The notes under the pieces were generated by a model. That model saw only the letters and a program-made list of their open reading frames with translations. It was not told the origin of the DNA and made no database searches. Shown here piece by piece: positions 60,968 through 64,000 of a stretch of DNA of 64,000 nt (its first letter is position 1; each line of letters begins with the position of its first letter). Source of the stretch: an uncultured bacterium (GTDB lineage: Bacteria; Verrucomicrobiota; Verrucomicrobiia; Verrucomicrobiales; V1-33). The translations under genes and the position numbers were made by a program. The stretch is from the NCBI GenBank assembly GCA_903936775.1, contig CAIZWU010000273.1, positions 18,030 through 82,029 of the forward strand, written 5' to 3'.

Positions 60968-61896
60968 ATGACCGGAAGGATGCCCTCAAAAACGTGGCGG
61001 CCTCGGTGCGGGATCGTCTCAAGACGGTCATGGCGTCCACGGGGCAGGACTACAACACGCTGCTGACCCGTTATACGATTGAGCGGTTTCTTTTCCGGCT
61101 TTCGGAATCCGAATACCGGAATCGTTTCGTGCTCAAAGGGGCGTTGCTATTTGCGCTGTGGAACGAAACCCCGCACCGGGTGACGCGGGATCTGGATTTG
61201 TTGGGCTTTGGCGACTCCTCCTCCGAAGAATTGGAGGCGGTCTTTGCCAAAATCTGCGCCTGTCAGGTGCCGGATGACGGGGTGATTTTTGACAGCGCCT
61301 CCGTCAAGGCGGAACCGATCCGCGCTCAGGAACTTTATGTCGGGGTGCGGCTGAATATCCAAGGAATGATCGGCAGCGCCCGGACGCTGCTCCAGATTGA
61401 TGTGGGCTTCGGAGACGCCACCGCGGTGCAGCCGGTCGAGGTGGAGTTTCCCAGCCTGCTGGAAGATATGCCGGCGGCGAGGATCCGGGCCTATCGGATG
61501 GAAAGCGCCTTGGCTGAAAAGTATGAAGCGGCCGTGACCTTGGGACTGCTGAATTCCCGGATGAAGGACTACTACGATTTTTACTTTCTGGGAAACCACA
61601 GCGCCTTCGACGGGCAAGAACTGGCCGATTCCATCCGCGCCACTTTTGAACGGCGCGGAACAGTTCTCCCTGTAGCAACACCCGCCGGATTCAGTGCCGC
61701 CTTTTGGAATGATCCGGGGCGTCAGGCCATGTGGAAGAGTTTCTGGAGAAAATCCGTGAAGCTCGATCCGATGCTGAGTTTGGAGCAGGTGGTTTCGTTT
61801 GCTGCCGGGTTCCTGCTGCCCCCCGCGTTGGCGGCAGCAGAAGGGCGGCCCTTCAGTAGCTTATGGAAGCCGGGTGGCAGTTGGAAGGAGAAGTGA
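60964..61896 (+). CDS. abiEii: AbiEii/AbiGii-family nucleotidyltransferase toxin
   Basis: From ATG 60964: MNDRKDALKNVAASVRDRLKTVMASTGQDYNTLLTRYTIERFLFRLS...FVLKGALLFALW...RVTRDLDLLGFG (NTase GS/DxD region), then YRMESALAEKYEA. Confidence 0.85.
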   Translation: MNDRKDALKNVAASVRDRLKTVMASTGQDYNTLLTRYTIERFLFRLSESEYRNRFVLKGALLFALWNETPHRVTRDLDLLGFGDSSSEELEAVFAKICACQVPDDGVIFDSASVKAEPIRAQELYVGVRLNIQGMIGSARTLLQIDVGFGDATAVQPVEVEFPSLLEDMPAARIRAYRMESALAEKYEAAVTLGLLNSRMKDYYDFYFLGNHSAFDGQELADSIRATFERRGTVLPVATPAGFSAAFWNDPGRQAMWKSFWRKSVKLDPMLSLEQVVSFAAGFLLPPALAAAEGRPFSSLWKPGGSWKEK

Positions 61897-61915
61897 TTTC
61901 CCCCTCCCGCATCAG

Positions 61916-62194
61916 CTAGAATCCTTTCGCCTTCAAGTATTCGTCCACGGCGGCTTCCAGAATGTCTTTGCGGGAGCGAGAGGAGTGTTCGGCATAGGCG
62001 GACAGACGTGCCAGAATGGTTTCCTGAATGTCGAAGCCTTGGTGGCGGATGCCTTGCGTTGTTTGGCGTTTGAGGCGGGTTTTGCGGTAGGTTTCAGCTC
62101 GCGCGGCGGCGCGTTCCTCGGGGGTGAGGGGTGCGGCACCGGCGGGGGGGCGTCCCCGGCCACGGGAGGAGGATTTCTTCGGACTCGAAGGCAT
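61916..62194 (-). CDS. Small basic protein with RHH-like C-terminus
   Basis: 92 aa with N-terminal Arg/Ser/Pro-rich tail. The C-terminus IRHQGFDIQETILARLSAYAEHSSRSRKDILEAAVDEYLKAKGF has a strand-helix-helix flavour. Confidence 0.45.
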   Translation of the reverse strand: MPSSPKKSSSRGRGRPPAGAAPLTPEERAAARAETYRKTRLKRQTTQGIRHQGFDIQETILARLSAYAEHSSRSRKDILEAAVDEYLKAKGF

Positions 62195-62257
62195 GGGCCG
62201 AGCCTACGGGGAAGAGGGGTGTTTGCAATGAGGCAGGGAGAGCGGACTGGCTCCGCT

Positions 62258-62294
62258 CTGAAAAGGGGGATTCTCAAGGGGCGCTCCCCTTGAG
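62258..62294 (-). terminator. Rho-independent terminator candidate after the methyltransferase gene
   Basis: CTCAAGGGG (62273-62281) and CCCCTTGAG (62286-62294) form a perfect 9-bp stem with a 4-nt loop. On the minus strand it is followed by AATCCCCCTTTTCAG (T-run). Confidence 0.45.
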
Positions 62295-62315
62295 CCGGGT
62301 TACTCAGATCCGCGT

Positions 62316-62957
62316 CTAAAGCGGCTGGTCAATCCGGAGCATGACGGTTGGGGTGTTGGTCCCCTCCGCCCGGAAGGCTCCGGGGGGAAGGGGAATCCAT
62401 GATTTAGCGAAATGGCGTAATGCTAATTCGCGTGAATTACCCGCCATGCAGATGGCGGCCAGTCGTCCGCCGGGTTTCAGAAACTTCATGGCGTGGAGAA
62501 TGTGGCGGATGTCCGCCCGCGCGTGGAACGGCGGGTTCATTACGATGGCATCGAACAAGCCCAATTCCGCCGGCGCGAGCTTGAGGAAATCCGCTTGGCG
62601 GATGCTGATCCCGGCCCGGTCCTGTTGGAAAAGGACCCCTGCGCAGGCCGGGGCGATTTCCACGGCGACCACGGCGGAAGGAGCTTTCGGGGCAAGGGCG
62701 TCCAGCAACCGCCCAAGTCCCGCCGATGGCTCCAAGACGCGTGCCCCCGGCTGTAGATCAAGCAGCGCCACCAGCTCGATCGCCAAGTCGGCGGGCGTTT
62801 GGAAAAGTTGGTAGGCGCTGACAGCTTGAGGGGCGGTGCCGTCCTCATGGCGGGTTTTCAATTTGTCGAATCGTGGGCGGATTTCTGCCATGGCATAGCC
62901 TGCCGCGTCATTTTCCATCCGCAGGGTGTGAAGGCGGTGCATAGGGTGGGGTTTCAT
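62316..62957 (-). CDS. SAM-dependent DNA methyltransferase (NPPF motif; N6-adenine/N4-cytosine class), orphan
   Basis: Motif I RVLEPSAGLGRLLDAL and motif IV FDAIVMNPPFH. 213 aa. No adjacent restriction endonuclease is recognisable. Confidence 0.75.
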   Translation of the reverse strand: MKPHPMHRLHTLRMENDAAGYAMAEIRPRFDKLKTRHEDGTAPQAVSAYQLFQTPADLAIELVALLDLQPGARVLEPSAGLGRLLDALAPKAPSAVVAVEIAPACAGVLFQQDRAGISIRQADFLKLAPAELGLFDAIVMNPPFHARADIRHILHAMKFLKPGGRLAAICMAGNSRELALRHFAKSWIPLPPGAFRAEGTNTPTVMLRIDQPL

Positions 62958-63000
62958 GGAATAGAGGAAAAAAGATTCAACTACATCGGCGGGAGGAACC

Positions 63001-63993
63001 TCATGCCACGGCGGGGGCCGCGTCCAGTGCTTCGATGGTTTCCCAGACGGCCGCGGGGAATGGCTTCCGGGGTTTATCAGTCAGGATAATAATCCGATCC
63101 GCGCCTCCGAAGGTTTGACCGGAGCTGGTAGAGCGCAGCTTGCACACCGGGGAGCCGACGCGCTTGTTGTGGTCCTCGCGGCTTGAACTCCAAATACCGT
63201 TGCTCTCGCGGTAAAGCTCCGCGTTCCGGCAGAGCCCATGGGTGGCGCTTCTGGCGTAGGTGCCCGCGGCGGCGGCGCTGTATTGGGCCTGGGTGAGGCG
63301 AACGATAGCGGACGGGGCGAAGGAGGGGGTTCCCAATCCCCGCACTTTCGCGCGCGCTGCGTTGGCGTCCTTTTCCCGTTCGTTCCAAATGGCCTGCAGG
63401 CGCTCGGCGTCTTCGTCAGTGGGATTGATGAGAGGGCAGGGGGCGGCTTTGGGTCTGGCGGCTTTCACATCAGTCTTTTTGCTGGCTATCAAGGCGAGGT
63501 CATCAGGAGTGGGGGCGCGGTAGGAACCGCAGTCCAGCCGCTCAATGTTCAAGGTCTGGAAGGTTTCCTTGCCCGTGTTGCCATAGCGGGCGGGGGCCAG
63601 AATTTGGACCGATACCACCCGACCCGTGGCGTTTGATTTATTCACCTTCCAAATTTGGTAACTGCCGATCCAGCCTCCGACTTCCATTTCCAGCAGGGCA
63701 GCGCGGCCGCCTTGGGCCTCCAGCATTTGGTTTTCATAGGCCAGCCGCATTTCGAAGTGTCGTGCCCACTGCATCTTGCGGGAATCTTCGAACTCCGGAG
63801 CCTCGGGATTGATTTTTCCTGCCAACCACAGGTCAGCGGCTTGTTGTCCTGTGATCGGTTTATTGCTATCCGTGAGGTGGAACCATAGTGAGCTTTTTGT
63901 CCCCGTTACAGGGTGCGGGTAGTCGTATCCTCCGGGGGTGTCTCCAGCCAAGCGGGTGGCCAGCGCGGTTTGCACTTCCGGGGTGACTGGCAA
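63001..63993 (-). CDS. Hypothetical 330-aa protein (start may lie beyond the right window edge)
   Basis: The track ORF begins at a TTG and the frame is open up to nt 64000. No motif assigned. It is co-directional with the methyltransferase and the stop-to-start gap is 43 nt. Confidence 0.5.
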   Translation of the reverse strand: MPVTPEVQTALATRLAGDTPGGYDYPHPVTGTKSSLWFHLTDSNKPITGQQAADLWLAGKINPEAPEFEDSRKMQWARHFEMRLAYENQMLEAQGGRAALLEMEVGGWIGSYQIWKVNKSNATGRVVSVQILAPARYGNTGKETFQTLNIERLDCGSYRAPTPDDLALIASKKTDVKAARPKAAPCPLINPTDEDAERLQAIWNEREKDANAARAKVRGLGTPSFAPSAIVRLTQAQYSAAAAGTYARSATHGLCRNAELYRESNGIWSSSREDHNKRVGSPVCKLRSTSSGQTFGGADRIIILTDKPRKPFPAAVWETIEALDAAPAVA

Positions 63994-64000
63994 ATAGCCT

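Overview
The window looks like most of a conjugative plasmid, or an ICE-like replicon, from a GC-rich diderm bacterium. Hand counts of single 60-nt lines give about 67% GC in core genes. Several AT-richer islands are present. No database or HMM search was run. Every product call comes from motif recognition by eye, synteny, and my own translations.

Modules, left to right:
1. A cusCBA-type heavy-metal RND efflux operon on the minus strand (1-5804). cusA runs off the left edge and is missing from the ORF track.
2. A plus-strand operon (6551-11036): ECF-like sigma, small ORF, ImmA/IrrE peptidase, DUF2188, ubiquitin-like protein, E2-like, E1-like (ThiF) and DUF6527.
3. A gap of about 0.9 kb with no convincing gene (11037-11941).
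4. One long minus-strand transfer operon (27492 down to 11942). It encodes an HTH accessory protein, a ParA/VirC1-like protein, the coupling protein, TrbC-D-E-J-(K-like)-L-F-G-I, a lipoprotein, a stand-alone ClpB-D2-like AAA+ ATPase and two small ORFs. No VirB11/TrbB is visible.
5. A candidate oriT gap followed by a MOBF (TrwC/TraI-type) relaxase-helicase.
6. An oriV iteron array, a Rep_3-type initiator, a second dense ATGGCGAA repeat array (centromere-like), ParA and a small adaptor.
7. vapBC, a DUF6429-like protein, a tyrosine recombinase and an ScpB-like protein.
8. Cargo: two glycosyltransferases, a 1.7k-aa protein with four PA14 modules, a HEAT-repeat protein, and a 1881-aa Sec-signal RHS protein with a low-GC phospholipase-A2-like C-terminal toxin and a membrane immunity candidate.
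9. A decayed IS66-family element inserted into a frameshifted, truncated Tn3-family transposase, with one Tn21-like 38-bp terminal IR.
10. A lower-GC island with a C39-like cysteine peptidase and a four-gene cassette (GHKL/SpoIIAB-like ATPase, STAS-like+wHTH, small protein, Cys-rich protein) that I cannot assign to any named system. It is followed by AbiEi/AbiEii.
11. An RHH-like ORF, an NPPF DNA methyltransferase and an unknown 330-aa ORF at the right edge.

The best candidates for something new are the Ubl-E2-E1-DUF6527 operon with its unusual regulatory and peptidase partners, and the GHKL/STAS/Cys-rich cassette.
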